DNA of 57,430 bases, counting the filler, from Sphacelaria rigidula (Eukaryota): assembly GCA_964200075.2 (NCBI GenBank). It is 6 parts of 6 records of this genome, joined end to end, with 100 filler letters (N's around TTAATTAATTAA, not from the genome) between each part and the next. Parts side by side here need not be neighbours in the genome. Positions count along the whole stretch, not along the records: positions 28,767 to 38,254 come from CAXNAA020008372.1; positions 38,355 to 47,842 come from CAXNAA020008373.1; 4 more parts are not named here. One strand, given 5' to 3'. Each line of letters opens with the position of its first letter. Position 1 is the stretch's first letter. Under the pieces are notes generated by a model. That model saw nothing but the letters and a program-made list of their open reading frames with translations. It was not told where the DNA came from and searched no databases. This document shows, one piece after another, positions 34,720 through 47,942 of the stretch. Position numbers and translations under genes: made by a program.

Positions 34720-35880
34720 TGTACAATTGCCATCAAATGATATCCACAGGTCAGGTTCAGAACACGACCAGCGAATTTAACATAACGCACGAGGGTTATG
34801 GGCAAATACTTGACCTCAAACGATGACTGCTAGCAAGAGCTGATTGCATGTGCAAACGCATCACGCTGGGTTTCATAGAGCGCGAGTTACTGCGACCGCG
34901 CCTGAGAACGGCAGAACGAGACAGACTTCGGGGCTGGTACAAATCCCGGTACCTGGTCTTGGTGCTTCTCCAAGAGACCGGTATCCATTGCAAATTTGTG
35001 CTGAGGAGTCGGTGGCGATTGGGTCGGGTTCTCTCGAGGTACAGGACTTCAAGAAAGTTCCTACACGTGTGTACCAATGTACTGATGCTTCATCGAGATA
35101 CTTGCCTCCACTGTCTCCTGTTCATGAAGGGATCATAATCAGTGTCATGTTATTCCTGGGGCATTATACTGTCAACCGAAGCTGCGCCCATCTTCATAGA
35201 TCAGGCTGTCAAAGTATCATGGAATCAAGAGAGAAATAATGGGCCTGGCTGAAAGTGAAAAATGTGGAGGCATGTCCTGTGATCGCGAGTCGTGGACACA
35301 CTGTAGTAGCAACACCTTGACCGGAGAAACCGTCGATTGTCCGGGCGCGAGGCCTCATTGCGGAACAACTTGAGCGATTACCCTTCGATGAAAGTACCCC
35401 GATACCAAAGGATACTAGAGCTGAGTCCTTCCTCTCCGCTTGCGGACACCACCCACCCCCTGTGAAACACTGCGGGAATCGGGATCTCCAGCCCCTGACT
35501 TATATCATGATTGCTTCTCGGTGATGGCTAAGCAGGCATTCTTGACGTATTTCCAGTAAGCTACTTGATCTTGATCAAGGGTACATCTGTAGCACCTCGC
35601 GCCTCATGGATCAAATGTGTTGGCACTGGCGGAGCGCGGCACTATAGATATATTGCGTCGAATAGAAAAAAGATAGGAAAAGGATTAGCCTGGAATAGAA
35701 CTTTGTACACTTCAACGGGCGTGCGATATGACCCAGGGGGATAGTGCCCTGTACGGTGCCACGGAGTGCGAGTATCAGACGGTTACTGATTAAGGTGCTG
35801 GAACCTTGCATCCCATACAAAATAGGTCGCCCTGGCTGAAAAACAAGGGTCGTCAAGCACGAGGACAGCGTCAAACAGGG
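34720..35880 (-). mobile_element. Decayed 3' part of a non-LTR retrotransposon with restriction-like endonuclease
   Basis: Interrupted peptides in the expected order: GDPDSRSVSQGVGG (degenerate CCHC knuckle), FAMDTGLLEKHQ, then FEVKYLPITL (RLE C-terminal block). Recognised by eye. Confidence 0.4.
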
Positions 35881-35954
35881 CGTTAGATATGACTTGTGGC
35901 ATAGCTGTATATAACGGCAAACATCAAACTACATCTGCGTTGTGTTGTCATTTC

Positions 35955-36257
35955 AGCTAACCTGGGCGGCAGTCTACACCTTTCAGTATATTTGGACGTG
36001 AAGACCGGTGTCACACGGCAGGAAGGCCAACATAGAAGTATCCTTGTAAGCACTCCATCTTCCTCATGCAGCGCTTACTCCCCTTTTCATCGCGAAAAGG
36101 GTTCAGCGATCCATTTCCTTCGTCGACCCGACTTTGGTGTACCCGCGACAAACATGGTCGCTCTCCACTGTTCGTCAGATCGTGTGACTTCAGCGAGATT
36201 CAAACCCATGTCTCAACCAGAAGGTTTCGAGGTTATCGACGGAGCCCACGGGGTGAC
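35955..36257 (-). mobile_element. tRNA-derived SINE (related subfamily)
   Basis: Same head (ACCTCGAAACCTTCTGGTTGAGACATGGGTTTGAATCTC) and CAGTGGAGAGCGACCATG core. Confidence 0.8.
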
Positions 36258-36375
36258 TAGCTACCAACTTAAAAAACTGGCACAAGATAGACTGCACCTC
36301 TTGCGTTATCTGCAGAAATACACATCAATGACAGTGTCACAGAATGCAGTGCAAATAGCGCGGTGCACTAGCACG

Positions 36376-36715
36376 GTCGCCCCGATGGCTCGGTTGGTAA
36401 CCTCGAAAACCTCTGACGGTTGGGTTGTGGGTTTAAATCTCAGAGCGATCTGGGATTTTTTCCTCATGCCATGCTCAACAGTGGAGAGCGACCATGTCGT
36501 GAGTACACAAAATTCGACTTAACGGTCGACGAGGGAAAGGGAATTCTGAACCCCTCTCGCGATAAAAAATAAAGACAAGCACCGCAAAAGGAAGGGGGTA
36601 CTAATAATAAAAAGAAAAAGCTCGATGTCAACCTTCCTCCTGTGTGGCCCCGGCTGGTACGCCCACATATACCGACAGGTGCAGACCGGTGTCCAGAATA
36701 GATGGGACTACAACA
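36376..36715 (+). mobile_element. tRNA-derived SINE
   Basis: GTCGCCCCGATGGCTCGGTTGG (A box), GGGTTTAAATCT (B box), core CAGTGGAGAGCGACCATG. Confidence 0.82.
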
Positions 36716-36827
36716 CACAATCACACTGGCATGCCGCTCTATATTGTACTCATGAGAGCTGCTAGTCGTGTCACACCTCCCACGACCGATGCGGCTGTAC
36801 AAGTAGACCGTAAGGTATAGACAGTAC

Positions 36828-37200
36828 CAAGGGCTGGTCGGGTAGGGTATGTACTTTTGACTACTTCGTAGAGCCTGGTATAGATATACCCCTGGCCTAT
36901 ATATATATACTATATGATATTTCGTATACCTTAGTCATGTTTTTTCGGAGGGTATATGATATGAAATTATATTTTTCATGACTTTATATCATTTACCCTA
37001 TATGGAGCTTTTTCAGCAAAATGTGACTAGACGGGTATATGATATGTGGTATATGATATATAGGCCTATATCAGGTGATATACAAGCCTATATCAGATTA
37101 TACTGGACAATTTGATGCCTATATCAGGTGATCTACAGTGTATGTATGACTGCATTACGTGATGCATTTGTAAGATATCGGCTTATATCGGTGCAATGTG
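36828..37200. repeat. AT-rich TATATGATAT repeat element
   Basis: Begins CAAGGGCTGG and contains repeated GCCTATATCAG / GGGTATATGATAT. Confidence 0.55.
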
Positions 37201-38254
37201 TCATACAGTGCGCGATAACTGACACCGCGCCAACTGTACACAGAATGGGACGAACACGTCTGCCAGACTGTAATTACGTAAGAGTACTGAGGTTAAGTTT
37301 TGACGCGATGAGCGACACCCAGGCACCTTCATCCCCGGCTACAGGCGAGTCTCAGCAGCAGTCGCCTTGGACTGCGCCCACCCCCAACACCGCCCCCAGG
37401 CCGTCTTCGACCACTGCGGAAACCGCAAGGATCGACACGTCCTTCTCGTAACGAGTGGGGGGCCGGATGCAGCTAGCGGGTGGCGTGAAATTTATTTTCT
37501 CGGGGTTTCGGAGTAGTGCAACTCCGTGCCAGGCGAATCGAGCTTCCAGTGTTTTCCCCCTTGCACCTGAACCATCGATGTTTTGATTTGCTGCAGTTTT
37601 TATTGCTGTGGTTTGATTTTTTGGTCGGGATTCGTCCGGTTGCACTCGGTCGAAGGAGCATTGTATCATAACAGCCGCCTGACCCGTGAACTACCCTGAA
37701 GGTCTGAGGTCGGAGGGATCACGTGTGGGGCGCCAGCAATAATGAAAAAAGGACATGAATATTCTCATGATACATGTCATTGTCGTTATTGATCGTAATG
37801 CTACTGCTGTCTGCACGTCTGCACTTCACCACATATATATGTAAATACTACCTCGGGGCAGGTGCGTTTGTTGGAGTCACCAATACAATTGCCACACTGG
37901 GCACAGTTCCCAACCAAGGACAGGTACATAGATGCGAGAGCATCACTGGAAAACGCGACATATATTATATATGCAGGGACCATATATGTAATGCACCACA
38001 TTAGAGAGTTTCGGGAAAAAAATCAGAACTCAGGGATAAGAGCGAGAACGACTGGATTTTTTACGCTCAAACCCCAGGTTTGTTGTTATTCATTTTTACC
38101 ACGTAGGTGTGGACCGTGGCCAACTTCTCAGGGTTTAGTATCTTCGTATTTTCTATTCCGAATGCCACGTGGTCCGTGTCATGAGTTGAAAAGGTACAAG
38201 TCGCGCCGTGTTTTTCTGCGCTTGTGCTCTGCGCCTACCCATGCGGTGTTACCC

Positions 38255-38354
38255 NNNNNNNNNNNNNNNNNNNNNNNNNNNNNNNNNNNNNNNNNNNNTT
38301 AATTAATTAANNNNNNNNNNNNNNNNNNNNNNNNNNNNNNNNNNNNNNNNNNNN
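38255..38354. other. Artificial contig spacer
   Basis: Same construct. Confidence 0.98.
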
Positions 38355-39269
38355 GTTTACCTAGGGGAATTCGTCATATCCTGGCCTTAAATCCCAACTC
38401 TCTTCATAATTCCTGAGTTTTTCCTTATCCCTGAGTTCTGATTTATGTTTCCGAAACTCTCTAATATCCAATATATATATATATATTATATATATTGACC
38501 CGTCAATACATTGGCACCCACGCGGACGCAATATATATATATTGACCGGTCAATATGTTGTCACCAATGCGACCCTGATATATATTGATCGTGCAATACG
38601 CCGTCGCCCACACTGCCCCAATATATGTTGATGGGACAATATGTGTTCAACCCCACTGTATCAATACGTATTGGGCGGGCAATGTGTATGCAGTCCCAGG
38701 AGATCGATACATACTGGGCGCGCAATACGTGTGCAGTCGAAGGGTACCAATATATATATATATATATATATATCACGCAGGCAATATGGCGCAAAATTTC
38801 AGCATGATCGACTAATATACATTGAAACACATTGTGTTGTCCAGGGTGGGGAGTTTTCCCGTCGGGAGCAGCGATGGGACAAGACGGCACGCTATCGTCA
38901 CGGCCATCATCGCCCTTCTAACGACAACCAATCGCGATCCCCGCCTCACCCTGCACCCACCGCTGAGACGCGACGAGTATATACACTTGACTTGTGGCTC
39001 AGGAAACGTCAGGGGTTCTCCAGCACTAGTTTCGGTGAAAGTGCTCAACATCCACGCGTTCGTGCAAACAGGCTCTGTCGTTGGATAAAACTGCTATCGT
39101 GAATCCAAAATGTGTCATGGGTGTTCTGAAGCGACCCGTGCGGCCTCAGGGTTGAGGGGTGAGAGTTATAGACATCACTCACGCGTAGAGTAAGTTCTCG
39201 TACGTTCGCACGAATCAAATCGCACGACCCCCACGAAACCGGGGAGTCGTACTTGCCTCCCACCAGTAT

Positions 39270-39720
39270 TCATATGGTATACATACATGAGGCGTATATC
39301 TTCATCACCTTTCAATCATGCGGGATGAATCAAGCGTGGATTCTCTCACCTGGATTTCATACGGCATGGAACATACCTGCATATGAGCCACCTGCCGCTC
39401 ACACGGCATGAAACCAAGCGCACTGTTTCCCACCTGTCCATCGTACGACATAAGCCATGTGTACGTGCTCCTCACCTGTCATTCATACGCATAAATCATA
39501 CGCACGTGATTCCCGCGTGCTATTCGGACGGCATGAATCAGGCGTTTATATTCCTTACCTGCAAGTCATACAGCATATATCACACGCACATGTTTCTCAT
39601 CTGTCATTCATAAGACATGAATCATGGATATATATTTTCCACTCGCGACTCGTGGGGTATGAACCAATTTGACTATTTTCCCCCGCCTGTGATTCGTGCA
39701 AGAACTGTCATTCGTACACG
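39270..39720. repeat. Degenerate tandem array (TCACCTGTCATTCATACGGCATGAATCA-like, ~40 bp)
   Basis: Recurrent CACCTG...GGCATGAATCA motifs. Confidence 0.75.
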
Positions 39721-39734
39721 TTTGTACTCTTTGT

Positions 39735-42700
39735 TCACTGTAACTCTATTTCGAGCATACACAATCCCACTTGAAATTTATGCGATACCGCCTGGGACGT
39801 ATGTATTTTATCATCTATGATTCGTAAATGGTGGCATCTTGAGACATTGATCACATTCGATAGTCGTAACGAGTCAGCTCGTACGAATACCAACCCGTCC
39901 CACGTATGAACAGTTCTGTTAAAGTGGAGTCCCGTCCCGTCCCGTCGAAACACTTCGAGTGGTGTTTCCGGCTGAGGTAACGTACGTGCTCGTGTTGAGC
40001 ACACTTTCTGGGATGAACACATGCCTACGGACATCAGATCACCACAAACGTCAATTGGGCAACTCTGATCGAAAAATACGTTCAACGCATGATTCTGGTG
40101 TTGAATAACTCAGACACAGGTGGAAGGCGTTGCGGACCATGGGACTCACCGAAGAGAATCTGACGGAACTGCGCGCAATATTGCTTGGCTCTCTTGGTCC
40201 TTCAGCGTTTGGAGGCGCTGCGGCAGCGACCGCTGATATAGCGGAGAGACTTGCCCAGCATGACGGGTGGGTGTCAAAATATGTTTGAAGTGACCGATTG
40301 TACGTTTGAGTTGACAGTGACGATGCCATGCAAACCGAAATGGCACATGAACGCAGTGGTGTGCAACGCGTCGGGGTTCTATGGGTTTCCCTTGCATCCG
40401 GAATAACCATCATATATAGCCATAATGTTCCTTTTTAAAACATCTTTCTCCTTATTATTGGAACCCGCAAGTGTATCTGAAGATTCAATGCCACCGGAGG
40501 TGATAGATACAGCACGTGTAGCACCGCACAAAAATGAACCAGGAGAATTGAACGGCTGATGCAGTGATCGTTATTTCGATATGTGCTACACGCGACACGT
40601 TGCATCATCGACTGTGTTTTCGTTTTCCAGTGGCAACGCTGGTAGATCGGTACATCATTTTCGGAGCAAGATTTCGATGGGGCACCACACATGAGTGGTG
40701 GGCAAGACTTGAGACTCGCGAGGAGATTTTGGCGGACAGAGCGGACTCTCACGTGTATCGGACATCATGCTGAAGGGCTGATGTCGGGCAAAAACATGGC
40801 TGCCACAACCCTCAAGTGCGATAATTCAAACCTCCAACGCCTGTAGGAGTATAAATCCCGAAAGGTTGTGGGAGTAGACCGAGGGTTTTCAGGATTGTGT
40901 CGTCACCCGTTTTACATCGTGAAATATGGACAGAGTAGTTGAGATGAACAAAATAATTGCGAGACGTTGGCATGTGCCCACTGATTTGAGCACAGGCGTA
41001 CGTGCGCCTTCGGTGGCGCGCGTTGAGGTACGGTGGTGAACCTCCCATACTCAGCGATTGAAAATGACTCACTTTGTGAACCCCATGTGATGACCCAAAG
41101 ATGCTCATGTCATGTGTCCTCGTTGAGGAATGTGTCGGGATGTCGTCGTGGATCGATCGCTCAAGGATTAAATCAGATATGAGTCCGCGGCATCTGAACT
41201 GTACATTCGATTCGTCCCTCGCGGGAATTCGGAGTCAGTTGGGTGGATCTCAGGGATGCAGTGGTTCTGGATAGTGGTGGCGTCGGCTGAGGGGGATAAG
41301 GGGATGAGGGGGGGGGGGGGGGGGGAGGGGGAAGGGGGGGGAATGTATATGCTGGGGGAGGGGGCAGAGGGGCCGCTGCACCCGATATTTTCCATTGAAT
41401 GAAGAACGTCGATAGCCAGGAGCAGGAGCCAGGGAACACGTCCGTTAGAATGTCTCTTGAGATAATCAAATTGGGGTAGTGGCGGAATGTTTCAGGGCAT
41501 GGGTACGTATCTTCACGATCTCCAAGTGCTGCGGACGCTTTTTGCTTTGTCTCATTTCATCTATGGTGGGCATACTTGCCAAAGTGTGCCTCCTGGTGTG
41601 GTGTGTATGACAGTCCAGTAGAGTTGATGGTCAACGCAAGCGAGGTTGTAGATTTGACGTACGCGAGTCGCTATTCGAGGACAGCACCGTGCCGGTTCGG
41701 GAGGTACCCATGAGCCAACTTCTGCTGCTCGATCTGGTGGCGGCGAAGGGGCGAACTTCCTTCTGATCTCTCACGCCGTCAAGGCTTCTATATTTCCCGA
41801 ATGTATGTATGTCGCCAGACGTACACAGAGCAAAGTGTGGGCGTACCACACGCAAGGCACTTCCTTCTCGGCGTGTGGAGACGAGAGGTAAACGCGTGTA
41901 TTTCTCGTTAGAACTGAGTACATTTCCACGCAGTGGTTCCCTTCCAGACCGTTTCCCCGTTGATGTAAACTGTGCTTCCCTGTTTGTTGTACTGTTCGTC
42001 TGTGTACGTAGGCACCGTGAGGGATAATCTTGCATGCCTTCATCGGGAACCTTCATGGGTGCACGAGAAGGACTGGAATGTTTCCTGTTCATGAGGCCTG
42101 GTCGAAGTCGTTTTGTTATTGAATGGCCCGTCGTGGGGGATGCCTTAATACCGGTGCTGTGTGCCGATAACCATTCGGGAGCGTACCAATCACGGAAGTG
42201 AGACTGCGCGCTGACCACGACGAAGCTGTGCGTACCGTACGTACCCCTTTGTTTACATATGATATCGTGCATCGCGGCGCTATCTCCTGATTGCGTCGTC
42301 TCTCCCCCGTTATTATCAGATGTCCATAGCCCAACTCCGCCGCGCCCTCTTTGTCTAGATTAAATGATTAAACTGTCCCCAGTAGGTTTCGATTCCTGAT
42401 ATCACCACTCGTGAGGTGGAGAGAACGTGGGATTCGATTACCCATGCGTTGGGTTTCTTCTTCCAGGCATCTGATTTCAACCGTGTGTGATGCTACGGTA
42501 GGGTTGCACTTTTTGAGCAAGACTGTTTCTCGGGGTGTTGCACGGATCATTTTGAGAATCGGCATTATTTTCACTTGGAAAAGACTGAAAATGATGCCGA
42601 TTCGCGAAAAAGCCCCTGTGTGCATCTCCATGTCCTGTCCCCGGAGATCTGGGTTGCACAGTAAGCCCCATATATATGTGGGCTCCTACAAAAACGAGAC

Positions 42701-43650
42701 CCAAAAACAAAAAGTGCAACCCCTATCGTAGAATTGCTCCTGTCGAAAGCGTGAAGACGTTGAGTACACAAAACGTAGTTAACGGAGTTCGTTTGCCGAG
42801 AGCTGACATGGCGCGAGAGTGTTGACTCAATCCGCGATACCAAAATGCGAGGCGTGTGCCGGGGAGAGATGAGTTGGTTCCTTGAGACCACGGACTCGTT
42901 CCGAGGAAGAGGAGGGAGGGGTTCAACACGCGACAAGAAATAAAGAGTTGGAGAGGGACGCTGTTGCCTGCTTTATGCCTGGGGCGGAAAAGGCATGAGC
43001 GATCCCGGATTATGGTTCATCCACAGTGCGGATGGTGGTAAAGAGCAGTACAATATGTGATGGTATAGGAGGAAGAAGTTGAAGAAAGTGGACGGAGTTA
43101 GAGGGCAATTTTTCAGCCGTGAAACTGGAGACGCCAAAATTAAATATCGCACTCCATCTTCCAAATGCCAAGGAACTTGAACCAACCATGCCCACATATA
43201 TCATATCCTTGGTCACTGCTCTTTAGAGACACATGATAACCAACGCCTCCCCGGACTCTACCGTACGGTAAGGCCGCAACAAAGCAAGGGTATATAGTTC
43301 ACTGACAACGTTTCTCCAAGATCCCAACAAAAAAGATTTCGAAAGTCTTCTAGACTTTCCGCTCCCGTGGAACTTTTACCGGATCTCCATCTAAAACTCA
43401 TGTATCAAGACCAACAAAAAGCAGAAATTGATGGCCGCTCGAAAACGTTTCTAAGACAGAACAAAAAATGAAGTACTCCTCCCGAACCTTGGACGTTAAA
43501 CTGTCATCTCGGATCGAATCCGCGAAGATTGAACCGGCCCGTACGACGATTGAGCTCAAAGTGCGACAGGGCATTATCTTACCTGAGAACACATTCGCAA
43601 CAATCCAGGTAACGGCTGTGAAAATGTGAGTTCAACACAGAGTTCAACAG
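39735..43650 (-). mobile_element. Large decayed DNA-transposon-like coding relic
   Basis: About 4 kb of interrupted protein-like ORFs without a recoverable splice model, next to a subterminal-type repeat array. The family is not assignable (CACTA/Plavaka-like is a guess). Confidence 0.25.
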
Positions 43651-43993
43651 ATGACACGTGATAATAATAAATGAACAAAGTAGGAGACGAGGAATTGGCC
43701 GTCCCCGGGAGGAGGTTTGTACCGTGAATACGGGGTGATATACAACGTTTTTGCCGATAGCGTGCGGATGGTAATACTTCAGGGTGATAAGAACATATTT
43801 TCGGGGGTTTTGAAACATGAAAAAATGAAGACAGTTTTTCATCCGGGGATTCACGGAGCTATCCCCCCCCCCCTCCCCCGATCATTTTATGGTGTGACAC
43901 CCGGGAGGTAGTGTAACCCGTGTCTGTCTCTGGAAGTGGCGACACGAGAAAACTGAACAACTCATTGGAGGCTGTTATCCATATATTCTGTAA

Positions 43994-44330
43994 TTAGGCC
44001 TGGTCGCCTCTAAGAAGGCAGCCTCACTACACCTTTGTCCTGTTACGCTCTCACGAATAGAGGCTCGAGCCGTATGTGCCAAATTGCAATGCAAAGCTGC
44101 GCGGAAACCAATCAACGAATCAACCCGATTCCAAACCACAGTAAGCAGTTCAAATCCAGATGTTCACAGAAATGAATTATCCCCTTGTTATCCCAACTGA
44201 AGCCCCATACAATATGTAGTTAGGCCTAGTCGCCTCCGAGAAGGCAGCCTCACCACACCTTTGTCCTGTTATGTTCTCACGAACAGAGGCTCGAGCCGTA
44301 TGTGCCAGGTTACAATGCAAAGCTGCGCAG
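43994..44330. repeat. Direct duplication of ~110 bp (period ~227 bp)
   Basis: TTAGGCCT.GTCGCCTC..AGAAGGCAGCCTCAC.ACACCTTTGTCCTGTTA...GCAAAGCTGCGC occurs at 43994 and 44221. Confidence 0.9.
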
Positions 44331-46418
44331 TAACAAACCAACAAATCTGTCACGGCAGATATCGGCTGTACCATTAGTAAGCGTTTCGAAGCACACATGG
44401 CATGTGCAATAGGTCGTATTCCATTCGCATATTAGTGTTATTCTCCACTATGAGGTGTTGCGTGCCCAGTCTCTCACAGCGTTTCCAGCTACCTAGCCAA
44501 GCCTATTAATAACAAAGCTATCAGCCACCACTTGGAGATATCTCGCTTGCAATCAAGTCAAGAGCACTCTTCTGCACGTGAACGTGAGCCTGTATTTTGC
44601 ATGGTACATGCAGTGCTGTTTGCACCGAACTCTGGTGAGTCTCTGGTGCAACACCGTTGTGTGCTGCAGTAACGGTTATGCTGGCCGCTGGTGTTACACC
44701 ACCCCCAGCCTATGTCCCACGAGCTTGATACGCCACCCTGAGACTCGACCACGACATGGTGACCAATCGAAAAGATAAACAGTATTGCATGATCGCATCG
44801 CTGTAGGACTGCACTGTTTCGCGCTGTATTTGCAAACGGTGTAGCGCAACAATCGTCCTTTCTGTTTGGTTTGGGGTCCTTCAAAATTGTACATGCCTGT
44901 TGGTTCCTCGAAGTGACCCATCAGCTGGACATGCCGGAGCTGGAGCACCTGGCTGTAGCGTATGCTTGCTACCTTCCGTGCCAACACGACAACATAGGTA
45001 CGTCCTGTGATTCATCCTTTCATGTGCACCTGTGCGCGTACCCGCGCATGGCTAAGTACCCCACGAACCCCCATGATCACACAGAAGGTGGGCGGCAGGG
45101 CGCCTGCTTCCGTATACGAGAACTGAGTTTCGAAAAACAAAATGAAAAACATTCCGTTCGGAAATCTTGCAGTACCCTGTACTGTACAGACGGCCCGGCC
45201 CCATCACATGTCACAGTCACCACGTGCGCATCGTGTACACAGTGCTTTGTAGGCTGCATGTGAGTGCTGTTGTCCCATTACTAGAGAGTGAAGCGAAGTG
45301 ACCCGAGACGGTAACCGGCGAAAATGCATGCGCAGAGTGCACAAAGCCAGCAGTTGGGGGTGAAATCCACCTGGAGGTACGTATATATACAGGCTGTTGA
45401 TTGCTTGCGAATAGTCAGATATTGGGAGACCGCACTTCGCGTGCAATGTGCGCGGTTCAGACATGTCTTTCATGTCACGCTCCCATTAGATCTGGTGCAG
45501 CAGTACCTACCATGTTAGCCAGGTACGTGATCGCATGGTGTTTGTGTCATGGCTCGATACTCTAGCTGGGAATGGTGCCAGTTCAGAGAGCACCAGGCTA
45601 GCGGCTCAAACACAATCATTAGTATCGAAGCCATTGAGCTCGATTTGCTAGGGAGTCAACCCACACACCAATGACCATAGGCGCATGCACAAGGTTCACG
45701 CCGGAGACAAGACCCATATGATGCGTGCAACGCGGGCTTACATTTGTGAAGACCAAAGACTCCTCTGAGATAGCAGTCCGTGATAGTATTGATGCTTCTT
45801 GTATTATTGGCAACCGGCTGGTAGTTGCTATTCGCGCGTTGAGATAAGTTCCCAAAAAGACTGTGCCCGAGTAGGGGGCACTGTCGAAGTCAATCAGACT
45901 CAGAAAGGCCCATGATCTGTCGGGCTAGACAACGCAAGAGTATGGCACATGGACTCTACTCGACTGGACCATAACCGATAAATCCGGAACATTTGCACCA
46001 TATTAGCCAGGTACGTGTTCGCATGGTGTTTGCACCATATTAGCCAGGTACGTGATCGCATGGTGTTTGCACTGTACTGTGTGCTGTGGTAGCGGGTTTG
46101 CACTGTGCAAATTTGTACCAAGCAGGATTGCTCGAGCAGTTGTTCGGATCATTCTATGAGAGTCCGAATGAATTTCTGACCAACATACGGGGCATCTATG
46201 CTGGAGTCATCTTGGCGGCGAAACATGTTCAACGCCCGGCAAATGACGAATGGCCCCTAGCATGATTGATTGATGTGCGGCATTGTGAAAAGTCATTGCG
46301 CGGGTCAAGTCGTATGGATTCGCTTCCGCTCCACGCCACAACGTGTGGCCACTGCATTGTCATTGTGTCGCTACTACATTGGGATCTTCTCATCGGCCTA
46401 CCTTTCGACACATCATAT

Positions 46419-46512
46419 CGTCACTTCACTACATGGGACCGTCACTACACTTCATCGGACCGTCACAACACTTCATGGGACCGTCACTACACTTCATCGG
46501 ACCGTCACTACA
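46419..46512. repeat. 21-bp minisatellite (CGTCACTACACTTCAT[C/G]GGAC) ~4.5 copies
   Basis: Directly visible head-to-tail units. Confidence 0.92.
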
Positions 46513-47842
46513 TGGTTTTCTTCACGTCGGGAAATTGGGGGCAACCAGTGCCGTTGATCGGCAGCAGTAGATACACCGATTATAAAAGTTATTATATGCT
46601 TGGCTCAGGCCTTCACCATTTTGTTTTGTTCACCCTGCTTCTACTGTAGCGTTGCGTTTGACTCTTCCCTTCACAGTGACCCATATTCTATTCTATTCTA
46701 TTCTATTCTATTTTTATCTACTTTTGCGCCTTTATTTTTTATTGAGGTTTCGGAATTGCACACGAACATCGGGAGAGCGCGCACTTATACTACACCCCCC
46801 CATCCGCCCCTGCCGCTTTTTCTGTTCGATTTTGCCCGCTCCTGTCGCCCTGAACGTGCCTGCGCAATGCCGCGAGTCATACCATGGTCGTTGGTATCGC
46901 ATCATACCATGTTTATTTCCTTTCCCCCTGGTATTGTTTGCTGTTGATTTTTTTCTCTTTCGCTATCAACTGCTTTATACTGGTGATCCCTTTCCCTCAT
47001 CGTCTGCATTTAGCAGTCGCAGCCCACGGTGCACTATTTGCGTCATTCTCTCCTTTCACCGACTCAATTACTTATGTTTCTTCTTTTTTCCCCTCTGTCT
47101 GCCGTATGGTACCCCTTGATTTTTGGCCATTTAATTACTCTCTACATTTTCAGTTATATTCTCTACTCCCCGTGGCAATTTTACTCTACAGCCATCTTTG
47201 CTATTTGTTCTTGTTACCTTCATGTTGCAAGCGTACAGCCCCGCCCATCCACGGTGTTTTTGTTTTGGCAAATATTTTGCTAGAGCCATTGCCTGACGCA
47301 CGAAAGTACACCCCAGGTACATTTGTATTGAGAAACTTGCGATGGCAAACTCCATGGACGACCACTAAGCGCAACGAAAGCCAACTCGGGATAACGGGTG
47401 AGATCGGGCATCAACAGGGGCTCCACCAATCGTAGCCATTGGCGGTTTGCTAGATATCTGAGAAGATGGTGTAACCATATATCGGGAAGGTTGTAGCGTA
47501 GGGTTAACAGGTGGGTGAATCGGAGAAACGGGAGCTGGTGGGCGTCCTGCTGGGCTCTCGACACTGGGCTGTTCTCCACGGACCCGAAGCAGGTTCTGGT
47601 CACCATCAACGGTGAGCTACAAATATCTCCTTGTCTGAGAGTACTGTACCCCATTCGCAGCAAATCAACGCCACTTTTTTGTCGAGTAGCGTCACGCAGC
47701 TCCCCAAGTGGTAGATCCGAGACCACCCGAACAGCACCGATCAAGGTTCCGTACCAGGTGTGAGACACTTGCTACGATAGCCCCCCCTCCAAAACCAGCT
47801 AAAAGTGTCACGAAAAAATGGCCATACAGCGCCTGATGTTCG

Positions 47843-47942
47843 NNNNNNNNNNNNNNNNNNNNNNNNNNNNNNNNNNNNNNNNNNNNTTAATTAATTAANN
47901 NNNNNNNNNNNNNNNNNNNNNNNNNNNNNNNNNNNNNNNNNN
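47843..47942. other. Artificial contig spacer
   Basis: Same construct. Confidence 0.98.

Noticed and set aside
36376..36450. Possible tRNA gene
   Set aside because: A/B boxes are present but there is no credible cloverleaf, and the head is fused to a repeated ~250-bp body. It is a SINE.
38002..38463. Apparent TIR element TAGAGAGTTTCGG...CCGAAACTCTCTA spanning the gap
   Set aside because: The two ends lie on different contigs joined by the artificial linker and their flanks show no TSD. They are opposite ends of separate copies of one family.
46419..46512. Regular short repeats resembling a CRISPR array
   Set aside because: Head-to-tail 21-bp units with no unique spacers and no cas genes, in a eukaryotic context.
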